Assembly (NCBI GenBank): GCA_963758635.1
Contig: CAVWWD010000005.1
Coordinates: forward strand, 448,001 to 512,000
Reading direction: 5' to 3'
DNA length: 64,000 nt
Origin: an uncultured Candidatus Rokubacteria bacterium
GTDB lineage: Bacteria > Methylomirabilota > Methylomirabilia > Rokubacteriales > CSP1-6
The notes under the pieces were generated by a model. The model ran no database searches and had not been told where the DNA came from. It worked only from the letters and a program-made list of their open reading frames with translations. Of the stretch, positions 63,340-64,000 are shown piece by piece. Both the position numbers and the translations under genes were made by a program. The number at the start of each line of letters is the position of its first letter. Position 1 is the stretch's first letter.

Positions 63340-63921
63340 TCAGCGCGCGGCCACGCCGCGCAGGAAGATGTCGGCCACGGTCTCCGCCGTGTCGGCCAGG
63401 CGGTACGCGCGCTTGCCGAGCACCCACGACGTGGTCATCTGGTCCATGGCGCCGAACAGCGCCTTGGTCGCGACCTTGATCGGCAGCTCCGGCCGCACCT
63501 GCCCCTGGGCCACGCCCTCCTCGAGCACCGAGCCGATCAGCGCGAAGTAGGACGAGATCTCGTGGGCGGAGGCGCCGCGGAAGAACTTCTGGCCCTGCCG
63601 GAGCTCGACCTGGACGACCTCGGCCAGCTCCGGATCGCCCTCCAGCATCTCGAAGTGGAGCCGCACGAGCCGGCGGATCTTGGCCACCGCGTCGGGCTCG
63701 GCGGCGATGGCCTTCCGGAGCGACGACACGAAGTGGGCCATCTTCTCGCGGAAGAGCGTGACGAGGATGTCGTCCTTCGTCTTGAAGTAGAGGTAGATCG
63801 TGCCGGCGGCGAGGCCGGCCTCGCGGGCGATGTCCGATACCCGGGAGTTGTAGTAGCCCTTCCGCGCGAAGATCCGCACGGCGGCTTCGATGATCTGCTG
63901 GGGCCTGTCAGGGTCACGCAT
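63340..63921 (-). CDS. fadR: TetR-family fatty-acid metabolism regulator (FadR/YsiA-like)
   Basis: IIEAAVRIFARKGY..AGTIYLYFKTKDDILVTLF..VELRQ; heads the fatty acid/PHA gene run. Confidence 0.8.
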   Translation of the reverse strand: MRDPDRPQQIIEAAVRIFARKGYYNSRVSDIAREAGLAAGTIYLYFKTKDDILVTLFREKMAHFVSSLRKAIAAEPDAVAKIRRLVRLHFEMLEGDPELAEVVQVELRQGQKFFRGASAHEISSYFALIGSVLEEGVAQGQVRPELPIKVATKALFGAMDQMTTSWVLGKRAYRLADTAETVADIFLRGVAAR

Positions 63922-63931
63922 GGCGGGTGAC

Positions 63932-63974
63932 TGAACCGCGGTTCATCTTATTCAGCGCCGCGCGGGCCTGTCAA
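63932..63974 (-). promoter_or_regulatory. Sigma70 promoter (TTGACA-N18-TAAGAT) with overlapping palindromic TetR operator TGAACCGCGGTTCA
   Basis: -35 at 63969-63974 and -10 at 63945-63950 on the minus strand; perfect 14-bp palindrome at 63932-63945. Confidence 0.75.
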
Positions 63975-64000
63975 ATCGAAATTGGCCGGCGCCACGCGGG

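Overview
High-GC bacterial chromosomal window. The gene content (ABC_sub_bind and LLM paralogues, Uma2, DUF1800/DUF1501) resembles Rokubacteria/Methylomirabilota, but that is inference only. Many single-base frameshifts look like uncorrected long-read errors. Layout from left to right: (1) 3' part of ispG and a DUF2867 gene. (2) An accessory/defence block at about 1.6-15.9 kb: IS3-type remnant, DUF222-HNH nuclease, type I R-M locus (hsdM, two ORF6N copies, hsdS, GIY-YIG/DUF4357, hsdR) and a 1379-aa DUF4011 SF1 helicase-nuclease. (3) A pdxR-lyase-GNAT-pdxS-pdxT operon. (4) A mixed metabolic region with several decayed genes: internally deleted NRPS A-PCP and IOR genes, a dead VapC and a duplicated hydrolase tail. 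(5) Peptide ABC transporter genes, a RACo-MaoC-UroD cluster, ychF, queF and DUF1800/DUF1501. (6) A FadR-headed fatty-acid/PHA cluster (phaC-phaE-phaJ-phaR). The most notable unexplained structures are two intergenic tandem arrays 21 kb apart (45-bp x4 and 57-bp x3) sharing a GAGCCGAGCCGA leader and an ATGGAAATGCCNTGGA core; a 16-bp palindrome found both inside the HNH gene and downstream of it, with a structured upstream region; tandem TACTCA-N6/7-TGAGTA operators before hsdR; and widespread apparent leaderless promoters. No rRNA, tRNA or CRISPR array was recognised.
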